Assembly: GCF_001194135.2 (NCBI RefSeq)
Contig: NC_068996.1
Span: 5,343,887 to 5,380,138 of the forward strand
Source: Octopus bimaculoides
Lineage: Eukaryota
Reading direction: 5' to 3'
DNA length: 36,252 nt
Position 1 is the first letter of the stretch. Every line of letters begins with the position of its first letter. Shown piece by piece: positions 22,690 to 33,992 of this stretch. The notes below the pieces were generated by a model. It was given only the letters and a program-made list of their open reading frames with translations. It was not told where the DNA came from and did not search any database. The position numbers were made by a program, and so were the translations under genes.

Positions 22690-22790
22690 ACTGAGTTCAA
22701 ATCTTACCGAGATCAACATTGTCTTGTATCTTTCGGGGTCGATAAAAATAATGCATTAAACCTGCATTGGGGTCGATTCTTCTCTTTTAT
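22690..22790 (+). mobile_element. Family A SINE fragment
   Basis: CTGAGTTCAAATCTTACCGAG..CTTTCGGGGTCGATAAAA..TTGGGGTCGAT. Confidence 0.6.
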
Positions 22791-22899
22791 TAACTGTTTT
22801 ATTCTTCTTTTCTTCTTCTTTTGTATTGAGGGGTCTCATGTAATTAAAAATTATTTTGAGTTATGACAACAATGTCTATGTGAAAGTAAGAAATGGAAA

Positions 22900-23150
22900 T
22901 TTAGAATAATGTCAAATTTTAGTACAGTTCTATATTTAAAGGATGAGGAATTATGTACATCATTTACATTTGATGAATATTTGTCCTCATCTTGTTTGTT
23001 GTTAACACGTTTCAGCTGATATACCTTCTAGCCTCTATGGCACCTGATGAAGGCTGGAGGGTATATCAGGCGAAATGTTGTGTTAACGACAAACAAAATG
23101 AGGACAAATATTCGTCAAATGTAAATAATATAAATAATGTGAAATTTTTG
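22900..23150. mobile_element. Penelope-like element terminal repeat (pLTR) pair in inverted orientation
   Basis: Arms 22963-23034 and 23051-23125 are reverse complements (64/72 plus a 3-nt indel); the right arm carries the CTGATGA..CGAAA hammerhead signature typical of Penelope pLTRs. Confidence 0.7.
23039..23084 (+). ncRNA. Minimal type I hammerhead ribozyme (Penelope-type), slightly mutated
   Basis: Helix I GGCAC (23039-43) with GTGTT (23080-84); core CTGATGA (23044-50) plus extra A; stem II GGCTG/CAGGC; GAAA (23072-75); TG; predicted cleavage after GUU (23079). Confidence 0.7.
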
Positions 23151-23189
23151 GAAAAGAATAATGTCGAATTTTATTATAACAGTTATAAG

Positions 23190-23335
23190 CACAGGTATAG
23201 ATATATGGTTAAGCAGGATTTTTTTTTTTCTTTTTTGTCGGCTACGTGGTTTCAGGTTCAATTCCTCTACGCGGCACTTAAGTTGGAAAAGTGTGTTTTA
23301 CTTTAAGCCCGAGTCACCCAAAACCTTTCGGATGT
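23190..23335 (+). mobile_element. Degenerate family B SINE head
   Basis: TACGTGGTTTCAGGTTCAATTCCTCTACGCGGCAC..AAGTGTGTTTTACT..CCCAAAACCTTT. Confidence 0.5.
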
Positions 23336-23529
23336 GAAGATCCCATCGCGCGCGCGTACGTGTATGCCTTTTTATTCAAACTACTTGACAATCGTTGTTT
23401 GTTTGTTTACATCCCTGGTACCAAACGATTTGACAATAACAGTGAAATTAATTACAGGAGTCAATTTGATCGACTCGCCGTAATCAAATGAATTAAAGCA
23501 CTAAAACAATAGAATATATTATTTATATA

Positions 23530-23735
23530 TACGAGGGGGTTCTGTAAAGTTCCTTTGGGTAAAAGAAAATACCAGAGGATCAGTTAATTATGATTCGATT
23601 CAACATATTCTCCTCTCAGATTTACACGCTTATTGCTGCAGTCCTTCAGTTTTTCTAAACCCTGTAAAAGAAACTTAAAATGTTGGGCCTCCAGCCAGGC
23701 CTCTCGCGACACCCTTAAAGCCAGGAATTTTTCAG
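23530..23735 (-). mobile_element. Second mariner family, 3'-terminal fragment with TIR
   Basis: TA-CGAGGGGGTTCTGTAAAGT terminus; minus-strand translation WLEAQHFKFLLQGLEKLKDCSNKRVNLRGEYVE matches mariner transposase C-termini (..KCVxLxGEYVE). Confidence 0.8.
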
Positions 23736-23756
23736 AATTCCATCGTGTGTGTATGA

Positions 23757-23819
<63 letters not shown>

Positions 23820-23869
23820 CCCACTCTTTACCATTTTAGACTTAATAATTGATTCTTTCTTCTCTCGTC

Positions 23870-24010
23870 ATAACTGAATCGGTAGAGCGTCAGAGGGAAT
23901 GGCATGCGGCATTTAGTTATTGCTGTTTACGTTTTGAGTTCAGACTCCGCGAGGTTATCTTTGCCCTTCATTCTTTCACAGTTGATATAATAAAATACCA
24001 ATCAAGTTCT
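23870..24010 (+). mobile_element. Degenerate family A SINE
   Basis: GAATCGGTAGAGCG..TTTACGTTTTGAGTTCAGACTCCG..CTTTGCCCTTCATTCTTT. Confidence 0.6.
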
Positions 24011-24146
24011 ATTCTTGGAATATGGAAACAATACTTTTATATAAACAATAATTGGCTACGTTTAATTGATACAGAGCAAAACTAGAACCAGAAAACTGCA
24101 ATTGATCTGGGACAGCATCAGAATTTGTAGCAGAATTTATTCCACT

Positions 24147-24360
24147 AAGGTGGCGAGCTAGCAGAATCGTCAGGACGCTAGGCGAAATGCTTAGCGATAT
24201 TTCATCAGTCTTTACGTTCTGAGTTCAAATTCCGCCAAGGTCGACTTTGCCTTTCATCCTTTCGGGGTCGATAGATTAAGTACCAGCTGCGTATTGGGGT
24301 CGATCTAATCGACTGGCCTATTCCCCCAAAACTTCGGGCTTTGTGCCTAGAGTAGAAAAT
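24147..24360 (+). mobile_element. Full-length family A SINE with perfect 13-bp TSD
   Basis: A-box-like TAGCAGAATCG; B box GAGTTCAAATTCC; AATTTATTCCACT at 24134-24146 and 24361-24373. Confidence 0.92.
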
Positions 24361-24840
24361 AATTTATTCCACTTTAATGGACAGGCCAAAGCAATGTCTT
24401 CTTGTTTTTTTTTTTTGTTTTTTTTCTGGTCGACCTGAAACTTATCCTCTGCAAGTCTCTCCTCTACACACCATCACTTCATCATCACCAAAATTGTTAT
24501 CTTTATGTCCAAGTACGAAACTATCATTTCTTTTACACTCTCATTTTTTTCTAGAAATCTTTGTTTCTCAACTCTTTTCAGCTCTTTGTCACTTTCTCCT
24601 TCTCTCGCCTTTTCTTTTTATCTGCCTTTCTTCTCTTTCTCTTTCTTTTTCTCTCATGCTCTCACCTTCTCTCTTTCTTTCTCTTTCTCTCTTTCTCTGT
24701 CTGACTCTTCCCTGCATTTTTTCTTAGTACGTGCATCTCTCACACTCAACTGATCCCTACCTTTTGCTTCCTCACATTTCTCTGTATCCCTCTATCGTCC
24801 TTTTCTCTCTTCATTTATGCAACACCTCTATCTCTTTCCA

Positions 24841-24909
<69 letters not shown>

Positions 24910-25360
24910 CACTATTTCTATATCCCTTTCTACACTACATTACACACATTTTTTCCCAAAATAGTTTCTGCTTTTTCTCCCTCTATCCTCACTTTCTCCT
25001 CTACATTACTCCACTGTACTCTCTTCACACTCATTCTCATGTTCATATTACTCTCTCTTTCTCTCTCTCTCTCTCTCTCACTCTCTCTCTCTCTCTCCGA
25101 ATACACACACACACACACACACACGATTGTCTAGTTTGTATCAGAGCACAATTCATATATAGCTATTTTAAAACTCATATTCACACATACTCGACGTGTC
25201 TTTACGTTCTAAATTCAAACCATCGGCGTCCTTGAGACATCCATGATCAGCAAAGTGATTTTATTCATTTATTTATTTACTTTGTATTGAAACTTTTTGG
25301 TTCTCCCGTTTCCTTCTCCGATATACCAAAGCAAACTTAACCTCCGAATACTAAATACAT

Positions 25361-25400
25361 GGGCACTATAATGTCTTATGTCGGGCACTATAATGTCTTA
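25361..25400. repeat. Tandem duplication of GGGCACTATAATGTCTTA (period 22)
   Basis: Exact 18-mers at 25361 and 25383. Confidence 0.9.
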
Positions 25401-25684
25401 AGCGAATAGGAGTACCACCCTATGGCAAACACTTCGTGTATATTGCACTAGGCCACTGAGAGTTAATTACATTATAAACACAGCATAGCAGTACAGTCAA
25501 GACACGAACCAACTATCTCTAGATTCATTGTCTTATTCTATACTGTCATCCATAACCGCTATGGCGCGTACGCAACGCACACACAAGAGTTATTTATATT
25601 TAAGCACACACACACACACACACACATACACACGCACACGCACACACACACATGCACACGCACACACACACACACACACACATA

Positions 25685-25760
25685 CGTACGCACACATGCA
25701 CGTACGCACACATGCACGTACGCACACATGCACGTACGCACACATGCACGTACGCACACA
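25685..25760. repeat. 16-bp minisatellite CGTACGCACACATGCA x4.7
   Basis: Exact units continuing from a (CA)n tract. Confidence 0.92.
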
Positions 25761-26019
25761 AGCATTCGTCACTGTTACCTTGTCACAAACCTTTTCTTCT
25801 ACTCTGTCTTTTTCCAGTATCTCTCTTTCTTCATCACATTCTATTTTCTGATTTTCACTTTCACATTTTCTGCCTCCCCCTCTCTCCCTCTCTTTGTCTC
25901 TCTCTTTCTCTCTCTGTCGCTCGTATATTCTGTGAGTGTAGGTGCGTCTAAAGATATGCGTGCACACATGTGTGTGCGTGCACACATGTGTGTGCGTGCA
26001 AGCGCGTATGTGTGTGAGA

Positions 26020-26173
26020 GTACGTGCGTATATATATTTTATATTATATATATATATATCTGTTCATATATATTTACATATTTATACACATATTATATAT
26101 AGGAACATATAAGTGTGTGTGTATACATGTGTATGTGTGTGTATACATGTGTATGTGCGTGTATGTATATATG

Positions 26174-26232
<59 letters not shown>

Positions 26233-26643
26233 NNNNNNNNNNNNNNNNNNNNNNNNNNNNNNNNNNNNNNNNNNNNNNNNNNNNNNNNNNNNNNNNNNNN
26301 NNNNNNNNNNNNNNNNNNNNNNNNNNNNNNNNNNNNNNNNNNNNNNNNNNNNNNNNNNNNNNNNNNNNNNNNNNNNNNNNNNNNNNNNNNNNNNNNNNNN
26401 NNNNNNNNNNNNNNNNNNNNNNNNNNNNNNNNNNNNNNNNNNNNNNNNNNNNNNNNNNNNNNNNNNNNNNNNNNNNNNNNNNNNNNNNNNNNNNNNNNNN
26501 NNNNNNNNNNNNNNNNNNNNNNNNNNNNNNNNNNNNNNNNNNNNNNNNNNNNNNNNNNNNNNNNNNNNNNNNNNNNNNNNNNNNNNNNNNNNNNNNNNNN
26601 NNNNNNNNNNNNNNNNNNNNNNNNNNNNNNNNNNNNNNNNNNN

Positions 26644-26683
<40 letters not shown>

Positions 26684-26755
26684 TATGACTTATATTAAGA
26701 TGACATATGTATGTACGTATATACACACGCACGCACACACTTATACGTATGTATG

Positions 26756-26798
<43 letters not shown>

Positions 26799-27069
26799 CG
26801 ACATCAGAATGTCACTAGACACACAGATAATACTCATACAAACACACACAAACAGAACTACGCAATATTATTCAATAGTATGTGACATGATATACACACA
26901 GTAAATCAATTGCTGACCTCAATATATACATACAGGATATAAATACCTTACATTATACAACATAAATCAGCGATATCACACTATATCATAAATCAATGAT
27001 ATCACTCTATACTCATTCAATCATACATCAATGAACATGTACAATACATACATACATCATATACATACA

Positions 27070-27139
<70 letters not shown>

Positions 27140-27612
27140 CGCATACGACAATCAATCTTCTATTTAAATACACACACACACATAACGTACACACAGGAAT
27201 ATATACATACATTATACACACATATGTATGTGTATTTAGAAATATATATATATGCGTGTGCACACATAAATATCTGTGTGTCTATAGATATAGATAGATA
27301 TGTAGATGCATATGTATGTATGTATGTATAGACACACATATATACACACGCATATATACATATACAGAAACACACATAATATAATATGCACATATAATTG
27401 TCTGCATACATAGGGATGTTTGGAAATACACAGATAAACAAATATAATTTTGCTAAAAGTGTTACATACTTATGCGCTCACACATACATACACACACTTA
27501 CTCTTACAATACATATACACCTACGTTTTTATGTATATGCCTATGTATACCTATACACACAAACATGCACACATATATACACGTGAATGTTTATTTATGT
27601 CTATAGTTATAA

Positions 27613-27679
<67 letters not shown>

Positions 27680-27740
27680 TCCCTGTATATATATAGGCAT
27701 ACATTCATGCACACACACACACACACATACACACACAAGT
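26020..27740. repeat. Extended (TA)n/(CA)n/(TG)n low-complexity block with N-gap 26233-26643
   Basis: Direct observation. Confidence 0.9.
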
Positions 27741-28119
27741 ATGATTGTGTGTAAACTCAGAAACGCATTGATCTATCCACAATCAGAGAGACATACACCA
27801 GAAACAGTTCATTTACGAAGACAGATGTCGTTTGTATTTTGCTGTGTTCTTCCCACAAACAAAATGGCTCCAGTTTTATCAGGATTTGCTAATCGGGTTA
27901 TGGGCAGGGCCCAGGTCCGTCACATTTGCTGAGAGACCACACCCTCATGAGAAGAGTGATGGTACCGGTGTCTACCTGAATATCTGTCACTCAATTGGCT
28001 CGGTAAGAAACTCATGAAGGGGGCCAGATTGAGCTGGGGAGGGGCAATGAACCGCTTCAAATAACTCAGAGAATATGTACATCGCTTGAGGTATATAAAG
28101 GCTAGATAATTGTCTAGAT

Positions 28120-28635
28120 TGGTGATGGTAGTGCTAGCCGTGGTGACTGTGGTGATGACAGTGGTGGTGGTGAATATGGTGATGTCGGTGGTGGTGGTCG
28201 TGGTGGTATTGAGTTTGAATCATTGTCATTATGGGTTTCGTTATGTGTCAATGTTCTAGTGCCATTGCTTGTCGTGGTTGTGATAGTGGTTGTGGTATTA
28301 TTGGTAATATTGGAGTTGTTAGTGGTGGTAGTCATGGTAGTGGTGGTAGTGGCTATGGTGGAGTCGGTATTAATAGAGTTGAGGACGGTGGTAACAGCGA
28401 TCATGATTTGGTGAGAGTGGTGGCTTTATTGATGGTAATGCTGTTGGTAGCGGTGATAGTGATGGTGATGGTGGTGATAGTGGTGGTGGTCACGGTAGTG
28501 GTCACGGTGGTGGTCACAGTGGTGGTCTCGGTGGTGGTGGTGGTGATGTTGGTGGTGGTGGTGGTGGTGGTGGTGTTACTAGAGGTGCTGGTGGAAACGG
28601 CAGTGCTCGTATAATGATGTTGGTAGTAGTGATGG
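28120..28635. repeat. Degenerate (GGT)n low-complexity tract
   Basis: GGT/GTG-rich; produces Val-rich and Thr/Pro-rich pseudo-ORFs. Confidence 0.9.
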
Positions 28636-29269
28636 GGAACGCGGTGCGGGAATCGAGCTGATTAAGATCAAAGGCATTCCTACCGTGACCAACTAGCCAT
28701 TTTTTTCCTATGTGCAGAGAACTCAGCAGCGTCATTATAATTTTTTTTTTTTGCTTTTGTTTGTTTGTTTTGTATTTGTTTCTTTCTCTGTCAGTTTTGC
28801 AGAGTAAGATATTATTTGATAAAGTTTAAACTGTATTTCCCAACACGTCTAGCAACCACTGTTGAGGCTCTCTCGTTGGCTTATTGCTGCTGCACTATAG
28901 TCATCGTCGTCGTAGACGTTTAGCCTCAAGCTGATAATTAGAAACGTCGAATCAATGAATGAAGTGAAATGTCAACTGTCGAGAGTAGCCACGGTGACAC
29001 GAGTTTAAGTCTCCGAGCATTCATTTTCGACATAGAAACACAATAGACACGATATGATTTTTTTAGATGCCGACACATGAATGGCGTGAACGATGGACAA
29101 TATCTTTAAACTCTGGAATGACAGACACCTTCAGACATATTGAAGTATACATTAGCCATACAGCTGCCTCGTTTCAGCGTTAATTAGAAGTGTTAACATA
29201 TTTTAATGATGACAGAATTAAGAAGCAGTAATTAGAAACAACTATGCGGGGAGAAGTCAATATTAGTTT

Positions 29270-29390
29270 TGACAGAATCGTTGGAACTTCGAAAGATGTT
29301 TTGAAGTATATTTATGTTTTTCCGACACATCGCGTTCTCAATTCAAATCTCACCGAGGCCAATTTTGTCTTTCATTATTTCAGTTCGGTA
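29270..29390 (+). mobile_element. Degenerate family A SINE fragment
   Basis: TTGACAGAATCGTTGG..CGTTCTCAATTCAAATCTCACCGAGGCCAATTTTGTCTTTCAT. Confidence 0.55.
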
Positions 29391-29465
29391 AAATAAAGTA
29401 CAATTCTTCAACTGGTATGAATTTTATCGGCAATTTCCGGCATAGTGCTATAAAGGAGAAGGGGT

Positions 29466-29624
<159 letters not shown>

Positions 29625-30115
29625 TCATATACACACAACAGATTAGACTATTGGAAAAGAAAAAATCCTAACAAGGGCTACAACAAGTAACCTTAGATGC
29701 CAAGAACCCTCCTAAGTATCTTAGCTGTCCCTAATAACACCGTTTTCTGGAGATGTACTAAACTGGGTTATGCCTATTTCCTCAATCCATCTGTTCGAAT
29801 TTTTAGGGATAGCTCCCAATGCACCTGCAACTATTGGAATACATTTCACCCGCACTTTCCAAAGTCTTTGTAATTCAATGGCCAGGTCCTGGTACCTTGC
29901 TATTTTTTCTTTACCTTTCAAATTAATTTTTTAATCATTTGGGACTGTAAAGTCTTTTTTCTGGTACTTTCTATTCTCTTTGTCTTCTACTACTACTAAA
30001 TCAAGCCTTCCAGCTTCTATTACTCTGTCAGTCTGAATGTTAAGGTCCCACAACATCTTATATTCCATTACTTTCTAGTATTTTATTAGATCCATGGTCA
30101 TTTTATATTTCTTAT
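29625..30115 (-). mobile_element. Third R4/Dong-type RLE fragment (5'-truncated)
   Basis: Minus translation YKMLWDLNIQTDRVIEAGRLDLVVV..DFTVPND*..KEKIARYQDLAIELQRLWKV..IPIVAGALG..KILRRVLGI* (stop 29693-29695), then a short 3' UTR. Confidence 0.88.
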
Positions 30116-30119
30116 TTCA

Positions 30120-33100
30120 CTAGGCTCAGGCACCTGAATCAGCCGAGTCTTTCAAAATCCAAGGTAAGTGACCTATTTTGTTTCTCCGATAAACATGGTC
30201 ATTTTCAGTGGGGAATATGACTGTTCCTGGCTTGGGGTCAACTTGGAAGCAAGATCACTTTCCAAATGACCTCAGGTCGCTCGATGTGACTGCAACTTGC
30301 GAGTTAAGCATTTCTAATGCGCAAGCACTCGCGCCCATTTTCGATGACTATGAGAATTTCTTATCATATGGTCTGTCGGAAGCAGGCGGCGGTGAGTAGC
30401 AGTGCTATTCCGAAAATCCTTAGATGTCGAAGTAAAGGCAACATTGGACCCGGGTGGCAGGTTGGTAGCCCTAGATAGGAATGGTAGCGAAGGTGTCGCC
30501 CTTAGACTGGTGGTCGTCTATGCCGCGACAGGAGCTGGAAGGCCAGAATTTTTCAGGCGTCTAGAAACATTCCTGGGAACGTCTCGCAGTTTAGTACTAG
30601 TAGGGGACTGGAATTAGATTTTGGATGCACTGAAGAAGGACTGTGTGGGGCTACTACACATAAGAAGGGGATGCAAAGGCCTCGAAAACCTATTCGGAGA
30701 CTTCCAATTGTCTGATAGGTATCGACTGGATTACCCTGATGTGCCAGTGTGAACATGAAGCAACCACAATGAGTCATCTAGATTGTATCTAGATAGAATA
30801 CTTGTTAGGTCAGAGGATACGGATAGTGTAGGTTGTCCACAATTTAAATTGATCTGCTACACAGACCACAAGTTTGTGATCTGTAGAGTCGAGTTAGATA
30901 GGACCCGTAGACAGGAACCCGGTTACTGGAAGTTAAATGCGCCCTTTCTGGCATACAAAGACTAAAGGGACTGGACTAGTGAACTAGTTAAGCGGCAGTT
31001 GACGGGGGCAATCGTCAACAACCGGTGGTGGGCCGCCCTGAAGAGGGCGATTAGAGCAGAACCGATAGCGTTTAGCAAAGAGTTAACAATAGAAAGGAAT
31101 ATATTAGAAGGTGAACTAGTTGGCAAGAGGCGATTTAAAAGAGCATAGCGACCGATGTATTAGTGGCGAGAATGACCCTTGATTATTTCTTTGAAGCGAA
31201 ATATGAAGGTTGCGTTGTTAGATCTAAGGCCCGTGCTCTCAGACTAGAAGGAACTAAAGATGTCCAATGGGCCCGAACGGTGGAGACGCGACGTGGAAAC
31301 AAAACCGCGATCAGGTCTTTACGAGATCGGCATGGACGCGTGCCACGTGGCTCCGAGCAGATATGTGCAGCTTTTCAGCAGAACTTCGAGCAGTTGTAAG
31401 GAAAGGACGATGGGTCGACGACGGTACTGGACTTTAGTTCGTACCTGGACGGCTTGCTGCGGCTCACGGCAGCTAACGCGAGGTTATGTAAAACGCCGAT
31501 AACAACCACTGAAATATGGGAAGCGATGAGCGATTACACAAGTCGCAGTTCGCCCGGTTTGGATGGTTTGTCCTATGAATTCTATGCATTCATGCCAGAT
31601 TTGTATGGCGACGTCTTGGCAGACGTCTACCGTAATTGACAGCAGAAAGAGAGAATTCCTAGTGCTGTTAGCAGGGGTGTGTTGTTACTGCTGAGGAAGT
31701 ACACTGAAAATGAGGATGTAGTTGGGAATTTTCGGCTCATAGCTTTGCTAAACGCAGATTTTAAGATTTTGGCCTAGGTGTTAGCGAAAAGGCTGGTGCT
31801 CGTCGTTGGTAGCCTTGTCGGAGAAGTGCAAACGTGCGCAATCCTGAGCAGGTGTATCCACAACAACCTCCATCTTATGCGATACATCATACAGAGAGCT
31901 GGAACCAATGCTGGCTTCGGGTGTGCTCTGATCAATTTGGATCAATCAAAAACATTCGATAGGGTCGACCATCGCTACTTGGAAGCCGCCCTGAAAGCAA
32001 GCTGTTCCGGGCCCATTTTTAGAAACTAGATCGCTGCAATGCACAGCAGTACCTGTTCAGTATGGCATCGCACGCTCAGTCCGTCAGGGTTGCTCGCTGT
32101 CGCCTCTTTTGTATGTATTGGCACTCGAGCCTTTGCTGCGGAATTAGGAACAGCTAAGGAGCATCCCTTTCGAACTGGGACAAGGAAGGGCAGTGTCGGC
32201 ATACGCGGACGACGTCATCGTCATGGTGTCGCACGCCTCCGAAGTGGAGACGGTCGGCACCATCCTAAAGGAATATGAGTCAGTTGCAAGGCAAAAATCA
32301 ACACCGACAAATCGGTAGGTTTGCGGTTGGACTTCTGAAGAGGAAGGACGATGCCATCGGACAGCATCATTGGACACTGGACCGACGGACCAGTTAAACT
32401 GTTCGAGGCCTGGTTTGGTCCGGACTTCCAGGTTGATAAGTAATGGGACGAGGTGGCAAACAGCGTTGCCAGTCTTCCCCAGAAATGGGCTGAAAGAAAG
32501 CTGTCCCTGAAAAGTCGGGCAGAGGTGGTAAATGCTTACATCGCCTCCGTTATCATTAATCGCCTGACCCTCGTGCCTTGTCTCGGTTACTGCTTGACCA
32601 GGTTGGGCAGCCTCTTATCTAAATTCTTGTGAAAGGGACTCGTTCCAATGGTCAGGCGATCAGTCTGTTGCCAGCATTTTCTGAGTGGCATGCCGTGGTT
32701 CCTAATGCGCAGACATGCTCTTAGGTTACCCACCTGCAACGATTTCTGGACGGTGAGAGTGTGTGAGGCTTGTCTCCGCTTGTGAGGCTCGTCTTTCTGC
32801 AACTCGTCTCCTTGAGGGAGCTACAGTCCTATGTGAGACTATGTGGCACCTAGAATATCGTCAGGCCCTCACAATCTTCTACCAGTCGGGCAATGGGATC
32901 GGTGGATGTTCCGCTTTAGACATTTATAGAAGATTAGTGGCGGGTAAGTGCGAAGTTCTCGGTGAGACTCTGGACGCCGACGAGAACGAACTGACAAATC
33001 TATTCCGGAGGAATCCAGTCGGGAACTATCATGGATAATTTCCAGATGTCCTTGGCCTGGCAGTGCTACCGGGAGGGGTACTACCCCTCCCGGGTTCTAG

Positions 33101-33660
33101 ATAAGCTCTACAGGTACGGATGTGCCGTCAGATGGACGAAACCATCTTCACGCACTCGTTCAGTGTCCGGGCATTGTTGTCTTGTGGGGTTATGTTGAAC
33201 AGCTGCTGTCACGTGTGGGACGGATCCGTCTATCGATTTGTAGTAACGATTGCGGCGGCGCCCTACTTTAATCGAGCGGGGTAGGCAGTTTTCCTTTGCT
33301 TGGTGGCTGTGGCGACAGAGGTTGTTTGGTGGACAAGGGTGAAAAGCATGAGGACAGGTTCATTCCTCTTTGGCACAGCTCTCATTGAATTTTTCAAGTT
33401 TCACTTGAAAAGGAAATTGAGTGTGGAGAGGGAAGTGCTGTCCTCAAGTGAGTTTATTGAAAGGTAGGTGAAAGTTGCAAAAATGGTTGGTACCTCTCTT
33501 AGTGTAGGAGAGAAGGAATTAGAGAGGGCACTTGCTCATGGGGTTTCAAGGAAATCTCGGACAGTGGGGTTTAACCCCCCCCCACACACACACACACACA
33601 CTTTATGTCTGTCTTTGCATTTCCCCCTCATGCTTCGCTCTTGAGGCAAATAAATTAAAT
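30120..33660 (+). mobile_element. Tx1-like (L1 clade) LINE: near-complete decayed ORF2 plus 3' UTR; ORF1 absent
   Basis: APE motifs (GG..VLFRKSL, VVVYA, VLVGDWN, YLDRILV, YTDHKFV, PGYWKLN); RT motifs (SPGLDGLSYEFY, LLNADFKILA, LDQSKTFDRVDH, RQGCSLSPLLY at about 32085, YADD at 32202-32213); C-terminal DETI..HALVQCP knuckle remnant; many stops and frameshifts. Confidence 0.92.
30195..33500 (+). pseudogene. APE-RT polyprotein (ORF2) pseudogene
   Basis: Probable start ATG at 30195 (MVIFS..); assembled from ORFs 30208-30399, 30402-30617, 30783-30965, 31163-31399, 31454-31639, 31778-32029 and later frames. Confidence 0.88.
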
Positions 33661-33664
33661 CATT

Positions 33665-33748
<84 letters not shown>
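33661..33748. repeat. (ATC)n-(ATT)n array at the Tx1 3' end
   Basis: Direct observation. Confidence 0.95.
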
Positions 33749-33757
33749 TTCTTTTTT

Positions 33758-33975
33758 AAAGCAGTGAGTTGGCAGAATCGTTAGCACGCCGGACAAAATA
33801 CTTAGAGCTCTTTCGTCCGTCTTTACGTTCTGAGCCGAGGTCGATTTTGCCTTTCATTCTTTCGGGGTCGATAAATTAAGTACCAGTGAAACATTGAGGT
33901 CGATGTAATCGACTAGTTCACTTTAACCAAATTTCAGGCCTTGTGCCTCTAGTAGAAAGGAATATTATTATTATT
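33758..33975 (+). mobile_element. Family A SINE with (ATT)n tail
   Basis: TGGCAGAATCGTTAGCACGCCGG head; CGGGGTCGATAAATTAAGTACCAG body; AGAAAGGAATATTATTATT tail. Confidence 0.9.
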
Positions 33976-33992
33976 GGCATTTTCCCTGCTGC

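Noticed and set aside
820-26643. N-gaps (820-1170, 2592-2827, 3864-4845, 15347-15743, 17580-17598, 19791-19916, 21731-22295, 26233-26643) as biological features
   Set aside because: Assembly gaps at microsatellites; their content is unknown and could hide exons or element parts.
624-27736. Numerous long ORFs of alternating residues (HT, CV, YI, RE, SL) or containing X runs
   Set aside because: They are translations of dinucleotide microsatellites and N-gaps.
28925-28955. CTGATAATTAGAAACGTC, hammerhead-like words
   Set aside because: The core is CUGAUAA, there is no stem II and no helix I.
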